From Shigella phage ChubbyThor, in sequence record OL615013: a DNA stretch of 64,000 nucleotides; one strand, written 5' to 3'. The notes under the pieces are model-generated. The model saw nothing but the letters and a program-made list of their open reading frames with translations. It made no database searches and had not been told where the DNA came from. Shown here one piece after another: positions 46,133 to 56,580 of this stretch. Position numbers and translations under genes: made by a program. Numbering within the stretch: position 1 is the first letter of the stretch; each line of letters opens with the position of its first letter.

Positions 46133-47743
46133 ATGTTAGACAATATGAGATGGTTTTATGGCACCGTTGAAGATGTCAACGATCCAGACCAAAACGGGCG
46201 CGTCGCCGTCCGCATCTATGGCGTCCACACTGATGACACCGTCCTCCTGCCTACGGACAAACTCCCATGGGCGAAGGTGCTGATGCCTGCTTCAAACGCC
46301 TCCTCTGCTGGTTTAGGTTGGTCTCCAACGGGTATCATTCCTGGCACTGAGGTCATGGGGTTCGCCCTTGACGAAGCATACCAGAACTTACGCATCACCT
46401 GGACTTGGCCTGGGGCAAATCCCACTGATGGAGCTGACACGAATCCGCTGGCTCTCGGACAGGTCGTTCAATCTGTAGAACGTCAGGCGTACAACGCTGT
46501 CACTGACGTTCCTGTGAAACAAGAAGACGAACCACAACCAGATCCACAACCACCTGTTGGCGGGTATGATCCTGAAAAATGGATGACCATCGCTCGTGGC
46601 GAGCTGGGTGTCAAGGAGTACGCCGGAAAGTTCAACAACAACCCGCGCATTATAGAATATCACAAGACAACCTCCCTTGGCGCTTCTGAAGATGAAGTGT
46701 CGTGGTGTGCGGCGTTCGTGGGCTGGGTTATGTTGCAGGCTGGATACACGTCTACGCGCTCCGCTCTTGCCCGATCTTACCTTACATGGGGTAGTGCACT
46801 GTCAGCACCACAATATGGTGCTATCGTAGTCTTCCGGCGCGGTAACAACCCTACATTTGGACACGTGGCGTTTGTACAGAAGTTCGACGCAAACTATGTC
46901 TGGTGTATCGGTGGCAACCAATCCGATTCAGTGAAGGTCAGCCGCTTCAGCCGTTCGTCAGTCCTGGGCTACCGCTGGCCTGGTCCGGCGAATACAGCTT
47001 CAGCCGCCCCAGCGCAACAGAACGGGAAATGGTCTGAGCCTATCCCTGATCGTACCCCAAAAGAGCAGGCAACTCCGGCTCCTACAGGGCGCGTACAGGA
47101 TATTGATAACACGGGCGAAACTATGGTTCCGGCAGCGGGTGGCTCCAAGTACCCGTACAACAACGTCATGGCATCCCGAGCAGGTCACATAATGGAGGTG
47201 GACGACACTCCTGGTGGTGAGCGTCTTCATTGGATGCACATGTCCGGTTCCTACAAACAGATGCTCCCGAACGGCGACGTCGTCAACAAGTCAGTGAAGG
47301 ATCATTATGACCTGACCATGTTTGACAAGCGCTATTATGTCGGCGGGGACCACAACCTGACGGTCAAAGGAACTGAAGTGCAGCGCAAGACTGGCGAGGT
47401 CTATCACCTTCACTCCAACAACTACTCCAACGTGGTTGCGGGTACAGCGCTGATGAAATTCAGTGACCTGGCTGAGTTGCAAGCACAGAATATTCTGCGC
47501 ATCATCTGCGAGACTCTGGAGGTCGGCGGGACGTTGAAGGTTCCTAAGATTCTGGCAACAGAGATCATCGCCGACAAACTGACGGTTGCTCAGACGATTA
47601 ATGGTAACATCATATATGCCGAAGGTGCTGGTCGCGCTTCTTCTCTGTCAGGTGCAACCCCTGCATCCCCTACGGGACCAGGTGAGATTGATATCAAGGC
47701 AGAATTAAAAGACAATGGTGGTAATTTCGGCACCGAAGAGTAA
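46133..47743 (+). CDS. Baseplate central hub/spike protein (gp5-like) with internal CHAP/NlpC-P60-like peptidase domain
   Basis: N-terminus WFYGTVEDVNDPDQNGRVAVRIYGVHTDD resembles gp5/VgrG OB-fold; central block with conserved Cys (SWCAAFVGW) and His (FGHVAFV) resembles CHAP amidases. Confidence 0.55.
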   Translation: MLDNMRWFYGTVEDVNDPDQNGRVAVRIYGVHTDDTVLLPTDKLPWAKVLMPASNASSAGLGWSPTGIIPGTEVMGFALDEAYQNLRITWTWPGANPTDGADTNPLALGQVVQSVERQAYNAVTDVPVKQEDEPQPDPQPPVGGYDPEKWMTIARGELGVKEYAGKFNNNPRIIEYHKTTSLGASEDEVSWCAAFVGWVMLQAGYTSTRSALARSYLTWGSALSAPQYGAIVVFRRGNNPTFGHVAFVQKFDANYVWCIGGNQSDSVKVSRFSRSSVLGYRWPGPANTASAAPAQQNGKWSEPIPDRTPKEQATPAPTGRVQDIDNTGETMVPAAGGSKYPYNNVMASRAGHIMEVDDTPGGERLHWMHMSGSYKQMLPNGDVVNKSVKDHYDLTMFDKRYYVGGDHNLTVKGTEVQRKTGEVYHLHSNNYSNVVAGTALMKFSDLAELQAQNILRIICETLEVGGTLKVPKILATEIIADKLTVAQTINGNIIYAEGAGRASSLSGATPASPTGPGEIDIKAELKDNGGNFGTEE

Positions 47744-47816
47744 GTTGGTATAAGTTTAGTGGCAGAGGGGCAGCATGCCTCTCTGCTCCTTATAGGCATC
47801 CTGAGAGGATCGCGAA

Positions 47817-48197
47817 ATGAAAGAGTACAAAGATGTCGATCTGAAGTTCGGCATGCACCCGGTGACCAAAGATGTCACCATGAAATCAGGCGTATACGCT
47901 GTCTTGCAATCTGTGCGGAATATTGTCATGTCTTCAGCCGGTGACTGGCCCACTTATCCTGGGATCGGCGCGGGGCTTTATGGGCTGCTGGGTGAAAACA
48001 CGACACCGACTATCCAGGTAGATGTGAAGAACAAAGTAGAGGACGCCATCGCCCTGTATGAACCCAGGGCAGAGGTAGAAGAAGTCACGGTGAGTCTGTC
48101 AGAGGATTACCACTCTCTGGGCGTGACCATCACATTCTATGTGGTCAACAATCCAGATCCAATAACAGACACCGTGTGGTTGAAAAGGACGAATTAG
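47817..48197 (+). CDS. Baseplate wedge protein (gp25/GPW-like)
   Basis: Size and pattern (KDV..HPVTKDV...NIVMSSAGDWPTYP) typical of the gp25/GPW family; GAGAGGA SD. Confidence 0.65.
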   Translation: MKEYKDVDLKFGMHPVTKDVTMKSGVYAVLQSVRNIVMSSAGDWPTYPGIGAGLYGLLGENTTPTIQVDVKNKVEDAIALYEPRAEVEEVTVSLSEDYHSLGVTITFYVVNNPDPITDTVWLKRTN

Positions 48198-48544
48198 AAT
48201 TTCGTCCTGAATGCCGGAGCCACGACTAACATGAAGTGGCTCAATAACCTGAACATCTCCTTACCGTTGAAGTGGTAGAGGATAATTATCGGTCTGACAC
48301 CAACTACCGAACCATCCAGCTTCTTGTTCAACACAAATCTGGAATCGACACTGACCTTCCCACTCTCTTCTTCTCCTTGTTTGTCGTAGACCACGCAACT
48401 TGTGACATAACCGATCTGAGATCCATCCTCAGACTGCAATGGTAGCATGTGCCCTTCAGACAACAGATGATGCAGGTTCTGGTATAAACCTTTGTCTGGT
48501 ATGGGGACTGCCAGCTGCATGCTCAGCTCTTTGTAATCTTGCAT
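48194..48544 (-). CDS. Hypothetical protein
   Basis: ORF. Confidence 0.4.
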   Translation of the reverse strand: MQDYKELSMQLAVPIPDKGLYQNLHHLLSEGHMLPLQSEDGSQIGYVTSCVVYDKQGEEESGKVSVDSRFVLNKKLDGSVVGVRPIIILYHFNGKEMFRLLSHFMLVVAPAFRTKF

Positions 48545-48549
48545 GAGGA

Positions 48550-49011
48550 CTACTCCGCCAGGGTGATCACAACCATATTTAAGACTGTGTCGATAGCTCG
48601 GCCTGTTTCCTCTTCATGGAGGGTTTCGGCGCGGAGGTGTACGTCGGTGATGAAATTGTCGATGTGCATTGACGTCAGGTACGGGCGGTGCTGGCTGACC
48701 GGACGGTTGATCAGTACATAGTTGCGCAGTGTGTTGAAGTCCTGCTGAGAGCACCCTGTGGTGTCGATACGAAGGAAGCGTTCATTGTGGCTTGTCTTCA
48801 GTTCAGTTACTTTGCCGAGGTAGACCAGAGGTCCATTGCGACCGATACGGAACATAACATCAACAACAGACTTGAAGATTTCGCGTTCAATCAGTGCGGT
48901 GGGTGACCAGCAGATCTCTTCTTTGTCGTCGGCGTACAGGGTGTCGATCACCAGAGGGAGTTGAATGTAACCGAAGTTGTGCAGTGGATTGGTGAGTACT
49001 TTGTTTGTCAT
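48550..49011 (-). CDS. Hypothetical protein
   Basis: ORF. Confidence 0.4.
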   Translation of the reverse strand: MTNKVLTNPLHNFGYIQLPLVIDTLYADDKEEICWSPTALIEREIFKSVVDVMFRIGRNGPLVYLGKVTELKTSHNERFLRIDTTGCSQQDFNTLRNYVLINRPVSQHRPYLTSMHIDNFITDVHLRAETLHEEETGRAIDTVLNMVVITLAE

Positions 49012-49116
49012 GATATAGTTCCCGCTTTCAATTTGTGGCGAATGCCAATGAATTACTGGGAAGTATAAGCGCAGGGATTATAGAAGTAAAGCCCCTCATT
49101 GAGGGGCTTTGACAGA

Positions 49117-49341
49117 TCAGCGTTTGAGGCTGGCGGCGAGTCCACTAACGTCGGTCACGGTCTGGTCAGCGAGGACGATTACAGGCATAGACATGCGTGG
49201 CTTACCCGTCAACTTCTGAAGTTCTTCCAGCTGGTAGTCTTTGTCCAGCTTGAGGATCTTGTGTTCCAGCCCTTTCATCTTGCACAGATTTTCAGCTGTA
49301 ACACACTGAGCGCAACCTTGTTTGGAATAGATCGTAATCAT
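49117..49341 (-). CDS. Glutaredoxin-like redoxin (NrdH/NrdC-like, CAQC active site)
   Basis: 74 aa, CxxC near N-terminus in thioredoxin-fold context; immediately upstream of nrdB. Confidence 0.7.
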   Translation of the reverse strand: MITIYSKQGCAQCVTAENLCKMKGLEHKILKLDKDYQLEELQKLTGKPRMSMPVIVLADQTVTDVSGLAASLKR

Positions 49342-49350
49342 TTCTCACCT

Positions 49351-50454
49351 TTAAGCGAATTTGAGGCCGTCGGATACTGAACCAGTCAGTACACCCATCA
49401 GATAATCAGGAGCTTCAGCTTCCTGCAATGCGTATTGCATTGTTTTATTATCTAGCCAGTCGTTAATCCATGGGACTGGGTTCTCCTTGCGAGGTTCACC
49501 AGGATATGGGTGTCCGATAGCCCCCATTCGATGGGTTGCCAGCCAGTCTACCATCTGATGAAGGATCTTGGCGTTCAGCCCCAGGATGGAACCGTCTTTG
49601 AACAGGTAGTTCGCCCACTCCTTCTCTTGATGAACCACGTCCAGGAACATCTGGGTCATCTCACCACGCAGTTCCTCACGGATGATTGCAAAGTCGGGGT
49701 CCATGCCAGGCAGGCGGTTTAGCAGCGTCTGGGTCAGGATCAGGTGATCTTGCTCATCACGGGCGATCTGGCGGATAATTTTAGCGTTACCCTCCATCTT
49801 CTGCTGGAACTGCATGAACGCCCAAGAACATGCAAAGGACACGTAGAAGCGGATACCTTCCAGTGTGTTGGCAGCAAACAGAGCACGCCAGAATGCACGT
49901 TTGGCATTCATCAGATCTTCTTGGGTGAAGACGCGCCCAGCCATGCGCATGCCGCTGTAACGAACCATGTCGTCGTAGTACACGCTGATCTGGTGGGCAC
50001 AGTCTACGATCTCTGCAACGTCCAGCACGTGGTCAAACACGATACCAGGATCGTTCACAGTATTGCGCAGGATGTGGGTGTAAGACAGAGAGTGGATGGC
50101 TTCCTGGCGCGTCCATTCAAGGACAGCGAACTGCATTTCAGGGGTGGAAGCCCATGGGCCAAACGCCTCGAACGGAGCCGCACCCTGAATAGAATCCAGC
50201 ATGGTCTGGCGCTTCAGGTTGCTGAAGTAGACGTGCTTCTCTGCTTCATTCAGAGTAGCAAAGTCGGCCTTGTCCTTGGTGATGTCTACCTCTTCAGGGC
50301 GCCAGAACTGGCTGAGGCCTTTTTCATACCACTTCTGTACGAATGGCCAGGCCACGACGTCGTAGCGCTGGATGCTCACTGGGTCACCGAAGAACGGCAG
50401 ACCAGTGTTGTTCGAGCTTGGGTCGAATACGGAGAATTGTTTCTGTTCGCTCAT
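49351..50454 (-). CDS. nrdB: Ribonucleotide reductase class Ia small subunit
   Basis: Diiron/tyrosyl radical subunit pattern and size (367 aa); adjacent to nrdA. Confidence 0.9.
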   Translation of the reverse strand: MSEQKQFSVFDPSSNNTGLPFFGDPVSIQRYDVVAWPFVQKWYEKGLSQFWRPEEVDITKDKADFATLNEAEKHVYFSNLKRQTMLDSIQGAAPFEAFGPWASTPEMQFAVLEWTRQEAIHSLSYTHILRNTVNDPGIVFDHVLDVAEIVDCAHQISVYYDDMVRYSGMRMAGRVFTQEDLMNAKRAFWRALFAANTLEGIRFYVSFACSWAFMQFQQKMEGNAKIIRQIARDEQDHLILTQTLLNRLPGMDPDFAIIREELRGEMTQMFLDVVHQEKEWANYLFKDGSILGLNAKILHQMVDWLATHRMGAIGHPYPGEPRKENPVPWINDWLDNKTMQYALQEAEAPDYLMGVLTGSVSDGLKFA

Positions 50455-50523
50455 GTTTCTTTCCTGATTAATAGGGGTGATCTCTCACCCCTGATGATAT
50501 AACGGCAGCAGATTTAGACCAAT

Positions 50524-52812
50524 TTATACAACACAGCTATCGCACTGAGTTTCCTCAGCCTGCTTCAGCTCTTCGTCTTCCTTGGCGTCCTTGTTTGTGT
50601 TGTAATACAGAGTCTTGCCACCCCACATATAGAACGACAGGATATCCTGCATCATCTTGGCGCGAGGGATCTTGCCATCTGGGTACTTCTCTGGGTCATA
50701 CCACGTGTTGGTACTGATGGACTGGTCAACCCAGCGCTGGATGACAGCAGCGGTCTTCAGGTACTCAATGCAGTCCAGGTCCCACTTGAGGTCATACAGC
50801 GGTCCAAGGGTCTCTACATCCGGAACAACCTGCTTGTATGCTCCGTCCTTGCTTCCTTTGACGCTCACCAAGCCCTTCGGTGGCTCAATGCCGTTCGTTG
50901 CGTTGAGGACTTGTGAGGAGCTTTCGGTAGGGGCTACCGCCAACAGAGTGGCATTGCGGATACCATAGGTCTTCAGGTCATCCTTCAGCTCATCCCAATC
51001 CAGCCCGTATGCCAGCCCTTCCGGCTTCTTACCATTTGGCAGGATGTCGAGTGGAAGCGGCTGAAGATCGGCGGTGACCTGCCCATTATTGTGGATGGTT
51101 CCGCGTTTACAAGCCCCGAACTTCATAGCCAGACGGTTGGATGCTTTGACCAGATAGAAGTGAAGGTGTGCCATCCACGCATCCAGCATCTCGAGGCCAG
51201 CTGGTGAACCGTAGCCCGTGAAGTTCTTGGCCAGGAAGTGAGCCACGTTCACGATACCAACACCCAGAGGACGATAGTCTTCAACAGCTTTACGAGCCTG
51301 AATCGCTGGATAGTCCTGATATTCCAACAGCATGTCCAGCGCAGACACCAACACGAACGCCACGTCTTCCATTTCCGTAGGATCTTCGAACGCCGTCAGG
51401 TTAAAGGAAGCCAGGGTACACAGAGCCACGCGTCCGTTTTCATCGTTGTACTGCTCGAACTCACGGGTCGGCAGGGTGATTTCAAGACACAGGTTGGAGC
51501 TGTAGATGGTGTCGAGGTTGAATGGGCTGTATTCATTCATGTGATCGACAAATGCGATGTAGATGCGGCCTGTGTCTGAACGCTGGTCTAACAGCATCTG
51601 GAACACTTCTTCGGCCTGCAGCTTCTTAGAACGAACCAGGCCTGCATCGGCGGCCTTGATCATGTTCTCATACAGAGTACGGAACTTGTCAACGTCGGCG
51701 AAGTATGCTTCGTACATTTCGCGGTTGTCTTTCGGGTCGAACAGATACAGAGGCTGCTTGGCAACCAGGCGCTCAAACATCACGCGGTTGATCTGAATAC
51801 CGTAGTCGATACGGCGTTCGCGGTTTTCTTCAGTGCCACGGTTATTCTTCAGTACAACGACGTCATCGAACTGGTAATGCCACAGAGGGATGTACGCTGT
51901 CGCCGCACCACCACGAATGCCGCCCTGGGAGCACGACTTGAGCGCCCCAGTGAGATACTTGATGAATGGGATCAGGCCTGTGTGAACCATCTCTCCACCG
52001 CGAATAGGACTGCCAATCCCACGGATAGCCCCGACGTCAAAGCCGATACCCGCACGTTTGGACACATAGTCAACGATGGTCTTGGCCGTTGCGTTGATAG
52101 AGTCCAGGGTGTCACCAGTTTTGATCAGGACACAGGAACTGAACTGACGGGTAGGAGTACGAACACCTGCCATAATCGGGGTGGGAAGACTGAACTTGCC
52201 TGTGCTGGCATATTCATAGAACTTCTTCACCATCTCCAGGCGGCTGTCTTTGTCCCAGTTAGAGAACAACGCCATGGCGATGCCCATGTACATGACCTGT
52301 GGGGTTTCGTAGAAGATCTTGCTGTCTTTCTTGGAACGGTCGCGCAGCAGATACTTCTCTGTCAGCTGGCCCATGGCCGCCCACGTGAAGTTCTTATCGC
52401 GTTTGTGGTTAATGACATCGTTCAGCTCGTTGAACTCTTCGGTCGTGTAGAGATCAAGGAACTCACGATCATACACGCGCTGTTTGATGTTCTTGACGAA
52501 GATATCCAGCAGGTGAGGCGGCTTGTACTGGCCATAGACAGCCTTGCGCAGATCATATGACTTCAGACGAGCAGCCACATACTGGTAATTGGGTTTGTCT
52601 ACAGAGATCAGTGAAGCCGCAGCCTGGATGAGGATATCCTGAATGCGATCTGTTCTCATGTTGTCGGTGAACTGAATCTTCGATGCAGCGATTACCTCTG
52701 ACATTGATACACCAGTCAGGCCGTCACATGCGCGGTCTACGACTGCGTGTAGTTTCTCAATATCAAAGGGGACAGAAGATCCGTCACGTTTAATAACGTT
52801 AATTTCGCTCAT
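50524..52812 (-). CDS. nrdA: Ribonucleotide reductase class Ia large subunit
   Basis: N-terminal ATP-cone (VIKRDGSSVPFDIEKL) and 762-aa catalytic subunit. Confidence 0.9.
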   Translation of the reverse strand: MSEINVIKRDGSSVPFDIEKLHAVVDRACDGLTGVSMSEVIAASKIQFTDNMRTDRIQDILIQAAASLISVDKPNYQYVAARLKSYDLRKAVYGQYKPPHLLDIFVKNIKQRVYDREFLDLYTTEEFNELNDVINHKRDKNFTWAAMGQLTEKYLLRDRSKKDSKIFYETPQVMYMGIAMALFSNWDKDSRLEMVKKFYEYASTGKFSLPTPIMAGVRTPTRQFSSCVLIKTGDTLDSINATAKTIVDYVSKRAGIGFDVGAIRGIGSPIRGGEMVHTGLIPFIKYLTGALKSCSQGGIRGGAATAYIPLWHYQFDDVVVLKNNRGTEENRERRIDYGIQINRVMFERLVAKQPLYLFDPKDNREMYEAYFADVDKFRTLYENMIKAADAGLVRSKKLQAEEVFQMLLDQRSDTGRIYIAFVDHMNEYSPFNLDTIYSSNLCLEITLPTREFEQYNDENGRVALCTLASFNLTAFEDPTEMEDVAFVLVSALDMLLEYQDYPAIQARKAVEDYRPLGVGIVNVAHFLAKNFTGYGSPAGLEMLDAWMAHLHFYLVKASNRLAMKFGACKRGTIHNNGQVTADLQPLPLDILPNGKKPEGLAYGLDWDELKDDLKTYGIRNATLLAVAPTESSSQVLNATNGIEPPKGLVSVKGSKDGAYKQVVPDVETLGPLYDLKWDLDCIEYLKTAAVIQRWVDQSISTNTWYDPEKYPDGKIPRAKMMQDILSFYMWGGKTLYYNTNKDAKEDEELKQAEETQCDSCVV

Positions 52813-52871
52813 TTATATTTCCTGGATTTATTGGTGAATGAACTCCACCCCAATAATAAACTCTTCGGGGC

Positions 52872-53531
52872 TTATTGACTTACAAACTCTAACCACTCTG
52901 GGTCGGCTTTGGGATTCCACCCAGATTTAAATTTATTAATCATTGTGAAATGCGGAGTCGTCTTGTTTTTGAACCCAAACGCTTTCGCCATGAACGTGCA
53001 ACCTTTTTGGTTGCACAACCACCAATCATAATATTCGTCGGCGCGTTTCCATATATCCAAAGACTCTTTGGTGGCATGGTTACTTTCCCAAGGTTGTTTT
53101 ATCACGCAGATATTGTTTTCCTTCAAACGTTTAGACTGTATTTCCCGCAAATGAGGATACTTTACATGTGTCTGTTTCATTTGATCGGAACGAATTTTCC
53201 TCAAATTAGGGTTGTCTTTGTACATCTGTTTATTGGAATGAGAAAGTTTTCTCCGCAACCAACCGAATAATTTGTTACAAGATCTACCGGAGAATTCATT
53301 GTTTACGCACATAGCATTAGCTGCAAATGCTAATTTGAAATTTTTGGGATATATTTTGACTAACAATTGATGTGCCAAATAATGTTCTTCTGGTGTCAAC
53401 TCCACCAGATTATGTTTGTCATCTTTCCCTCCCATACATCTAGGGATAATATGGTGGGTTTCAGAATAACCAACCAATGAACGGGTCTTGGCTCTTTGTA
53501 TCAGAGAGTCATAGATATTTTGATAATTCAT
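52872..53531 (-). CDS. HNH homing endonuclease
   Basis: THHIIPRCMGGKDDKHNLVELTPEEHYLAHQLL; C-terminal KFKSGWNPKADPEWLEF module; inserted between phoH and nrdA. Confidence 0.7.
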   Translation of the reverse strand: MNYQNIYDSLIQRAKTRSLVGYSETHHIIPRCMGGKDDKHNLVELTPEEHYLAHQLLVKIYPKNFKLAFAANAMCVNNEFSGRSCNKLFGWLRRKLSHSNKQMYKDNPNLRKIRSDQMKQTHVKYPHLREIQSKRLKENNICVIKQPWESNHATKESLDIWKRADEYYDWWLCNQKGCTFMAKAFGFKNKTTPHFTMINKFKSGWNPKADPEWLEFVSQ

Positions 53532-53600
53532 GATTAGTCTCGGAACATATTATACGCCGCCCTCGTAGATTGAAGGCGGCGGGGAGTGTTGGTGAGTTAC

Positions 53601-54443
53601 TTAAATGTCGTACAGATCGTTGACTTCCAGCATCAGGCGGGTGAAGTCACCACGCCCGTTGCGGTCGGACTTGTCGAATTCGATGATACTGAACGGCTGG
53701 ACCCATTCAGGGTACTCATCACCGACACCAACACCATCGATCTTCAGAGTTCCGGCCTCCAGCTTGGCGTTGAAGTCGCGGAAGGAACCGACGTACCTTT
53801 CCAGGGCGCTATCACGCAGGCGCTTGTTGGACTGTTTGATGTCACCGTTGACAAAGATGTAGGTTGAATCAGATGCGCGGGTCAGCAGGTTCTTCAGCTG
53901 CTCCATATCGCATTCTTGGGCTTCTTCGATGATCAAGAAGGTGTCGTCAAAGGTCATCCCCTTGATGGTCTCCAGATCCTGGATCTCGATGATCCGCTTC
54001 TCCCACAGGTAGTTGAAGAAACCGTCGCTGCCAGTATCGGTCTTCAGCACCTTCTTCAACGTCTGAATCAGGGGCATCAGGTATGGCATGAGCTTTTCGT
54101 ACGTGTCGCCAGGACGGAAGCCTGCTGTCTGACCTGTTGGCAGCGGAGAGCGCGTGATGACGATCTTGCTGACAACTTTATCGATCAGTAGCTTGGCGGC
54201 GGCTGAGGCACCACAGTACGATTTACCTGTACCAGCAGGACCGATCGCGATGGTGAGGTTTTCTTCAAGAGCAGATTGATATGCGAGGTTCTGATTCTCT
54301 GAGAGGCCATTGAACGGAGCGATTCTAAAGTCACCTTTGGAGAACTTCATCCAGTCATCTTCTTTCTGAACAGTCTCCTTCTTACGTGCTGACTTGGTCT
54401 TGCCCGCTGGCTTCATACTTACAACTTTGGTGGCAGATTGCAT
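53601..54443 (-). CDS. phoH: PhoH-like ATPase
   Basis: Walker A GPAGTGKS and PhoH-type downstream motifs; start set at ATG 54443 with AGGAAGG SD. Confidence 0.85.
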   Translation of the reverse strand: MQSATKVVSMKPAGKTKSARKKETVQKEDDWMKFSKGDFRIAPFNGLSENQNLAYQSALEENLTIAIGPAGTGKSYCGASAAAKLLIDKVVSKIVITRSPLPTGQTAGFRPGDTYEKLMPYLMPLIQTLKKVLKTDTGSDGFFNYLWEKRIIEIQDLETIKGMTFDDTFLIIEEAQECDMEQLKNLLTRASDSTYIFVNGDIKQSNKRLRDSALERYVGSFRDFNAKLEAGTLKIDGVGVGDEYPEWVQPFSIIEFDKSDRNGRGDFTRLMLEVNDLYDI

Positions 54444-54547
54444 GGGAACCTTCCTATATCTCAGGGGTGTCATCAACCTTAATTAAGGCGACACACCCAG
54501 CATACCCGAGGGGTGGATAAAGAAAAAGGCCGTTTCCGGCCTTTGAG

Positions 54548-55342
54548 TTAACTGAAACTCTTGTATGCAGCAGCGAGCTTCGTGTCGTACTGGTTCTTGG
54601 CATACGCCGGACCATTATAGCGCCGCGCAAACTCAGCCCAGTTCTTGTCCTTCAGAGCCTGCCAGAGCTTGGCGTCGGCCTTGATGAACTTCACGAATGC
54701 CATCAGATGAGCACGTTCGCCCGTCAAGAAGTCATTGAACATCTCCTTGGCGTTGGCGTACCCACAGACCTGGCAGTTGAAGCCCATGATCTGGAAGAGG
54801 CCGTAAGAGGCGCTCTCGTACGCACAATCCTCGTCGATGTTAATGGCTGCATGGAGTCGATCCAACTCCGCGTCGCCGCCCGTGTACCCGCCTGCCACTG
54901 GACTGACAAGGGTTGGATACATTTGACCAGCCGCGTTCGCCCGAGCCTGCCCGAACTTCGCCATCATCTTCTTGTACATGATGTGACGCTCAAACAACGT
55001 CTTGATCTTACCAGACTTGGTGAAGCCAGTGCCACGGGATTCAACCTGATTGACTGCCTTCACAGAGGCGAGGTCAACTCCCAGCTGGTTGGCTGCGTCG
55101 ATAAGGTCAGCCTCAGTCAGGTGATCCTGATGGGCGTCTCCGGCGTTGCGAATAGCATAGGAGGTCTTTGGACCCACAATACCATCAATGACAAGCCCCG
55201 CACCCGCCTGAACAGTCTTGACAGCGTTCTCTGTTGCCTTACCAAAGATGCCGTCAGCGACGAGGGTGAAGCCGATTTTGTTGAGGCTCTGCTGAAGTGA
55301 TTTGACTTCAGTGCCACGGTTGCCAAGTTTTAGAATGGCCAT
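54548..55342 (-). CDS. Endolysin: N-terminal peptidoglycan-binding domain plus muramidase-like catalytic domain
   Basis: PG_binding_1-like repeats (GxEVKSLQQSLNKIGF...DGIFGKATENAVK); start set at ATG 55342 with GGAGG SD. Confidence 0.65.
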   Translation of the reverse strand: MAILKLGNRGTEVKSLQQSLNKIGFTLVADGIFGKATENAVKTVQAGAGLVIDGIVGPKTSYAIRNAGDAHQDHLTEADLIDAANQLGVDLASVKAVNQVESRGTGFTKSGKIKTLFERHIMYKKMMAKFGQARANAAGQMYPTLVSPVAGGYTGGDAELDRLHAAINIDEDCAYESASYGLFQIMGFNCQVCGYANAKEMFNDFLTGERAHLMAFVKFIKADAKLWQALKDKNWAEFARRYNGPAYAKNQYDTKLAAAYKSFS

Positions 55343-55411
55343 AAGAAAATACCTCCGCAATGAATGCGAAGGTATTTAAAGTGAAAGTGAACTACTTGAG
55401 GAACTGCTGCA

Positions 55412-55711
55412 CTACATCGATTCGAGCATGGAGTTATATTTGGCTATCTTTCGACCAAAGCCTTGCTTCATGCCATTATAAGCACCGACCGCAGTGTCAT
55501 ACCCCTTTGTGGACATGTACTGATTTATGTCGTCGGTGCGCGCTAACCAATGACCTTCCTGCTGCCTGTAAATCAGAGTCAGGATAGAAGACTCGGACGT
55601 TACCATGATTCTGCCCGTAATCCTGATTACGGATGATACCCAGACTTTGCCCGTCACTTCTTTAAGGTGGGCGCAAGAGGCTTCGGCCAATTGCTCAAGA
55701 GTCATTTTCAT
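55412..55711 (-). CDS. Hypothetical protein
   Basis: ORF. Confidence 0.4.
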   Translation of the reverse strand: MKMTLEQLAEASCAHLKEVTGKVWVSSVIRITGRIMVTSESSILTLIYRQQEGHWLARTDDINQYMSTKGYDTAVGAYNGMKQGFGRKIAKYNSMLESM

Positions 55712-55893
55712 CTTGCCACCACAGGCATGACTTCGTTGAAGGACGTACGAACTTCAGTGTCGTACCCGTATTTTTCCAGGACTGCTAACATCGCCTGCTC
55801 GAGTTCCTCTTGGAACTGAGGGAAGACTTTGTTCGGAATGCGGTCAGCAACCCAGAGAGCGCCTGAAGAGGCTTGAATGACAGCGCGGGGCAT
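55708..55893 (-). CDS. Hypothetical protein
   Basis: Small ORF, ATGA-coupled. Confidence 0.35.
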   Translation of the reverse strand: MPRAVIQASSGALWVADRIPNKVFPQFQEELEQAMLAVLEKYGYDTEVRTSFNEVMPVVAR

Positions 55894-55954
55894 GGTAATC
55901 TCCTACCAAAAATCTGAATGAGAGGGGAGTTGCCTCCCCTGTTATGCGTCTGGC

Positions 55955-56443
55955 TTAGGCCAGTTTGCTCACCAGAGCTTCAACTGCGTCGGCGCTCAGT
56001 TTACCCATTTTGACGTACTGGGTTTTGGCTTCGCCGCCTGCTGCTTTCACGATGTCTTCGTTTGCGTAGCCTTTCTTAGGGAAGACCATCACAGAGAAGG
56101 AACCGTTGTTCAGCGGGTTCAGCTGGATGCGACCTTTACCAACTACGATGGTGCCGTAAGTTTCGGTGTTCGCTTCGACGACGTGGATGTCGTGACCCAG
56201 GTCTTTCAGCATGCCAACTTTGTCGGCGGTCTTAGCAACCACAGCTTTGTCAACCACAACCTGCTCTACCAGGGTGAAGCCGTTAGTCGCTTTCACTTTG
56301 CCGTTCAGCAGGTTCATGAAGGAAGTTTTACCACCAGTGAAGCCAGCTGCCTGAGCGATGCGGAACATTTCAACTTTAGCAACTTCGGTGTTCAGTTCGA
56401 AAGAGATGGTGCCGTTGGTGATCAGAGTTTTGGTAGTAGCCAT
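55955..56443 (-). CDS. Hypothetical protein with strong expression signals
   Basis: Start set at ATG 56443 with AGGA SD; preceded by sigma70-like promoter and a terminator; followed by a 60-bp gap. Confidence 0.5.
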   Translation of the reverse strand: MATTKTLITNGTISFELNTEVAKVEMFRIAQAAGFTGGKTSFMNLLNGKVKATNGFTLVEQVVVDKAVVAKTADKVGMLKDLGHDIHVVEANTETYGTIVVGKGRIQLNPLNNGSFSVMVFPKKGYANEDIVKAAGGEAKTQYVKMGKLSADAVEALVSKLA

Positions 56444-56516
56444 GATGTAATTCCTCATAATGTAGTTGGTTCGTTTCACTTTTCATTCGGCGGTGTGTTG
56501 CCGCCCTATGTGAACT

Positions 56517-56545
56517 ATAATAGTGCATCATTATTGAAGAGTAAA
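56517..56545 (-). promoter_or_regulatory. Sigma70-like promoter (TTTACT, 17-nt spacer, TATTAT) reading the minus strand
   Basis: Minus strand reads TTTACT cttcaataatgatgcac TATTAT in an AT-rich gap. Confidence 0.4.
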
Positions 56546-56580
56546 GTCTTTTTCAATAAATTTTTAAAATAATTTTGAAG

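Noticed and set aside
49744-50502. 252-aa plus-strand ORF
   Set aside because: Antisense to nrdB.
51877-52560. 227-aa plus-strand ORF
   Set aside because: Antisense to nrdA.
54707-55300. 197-aa plus-strand ORF
   Set aside because: Antisense to the endolysin gene.
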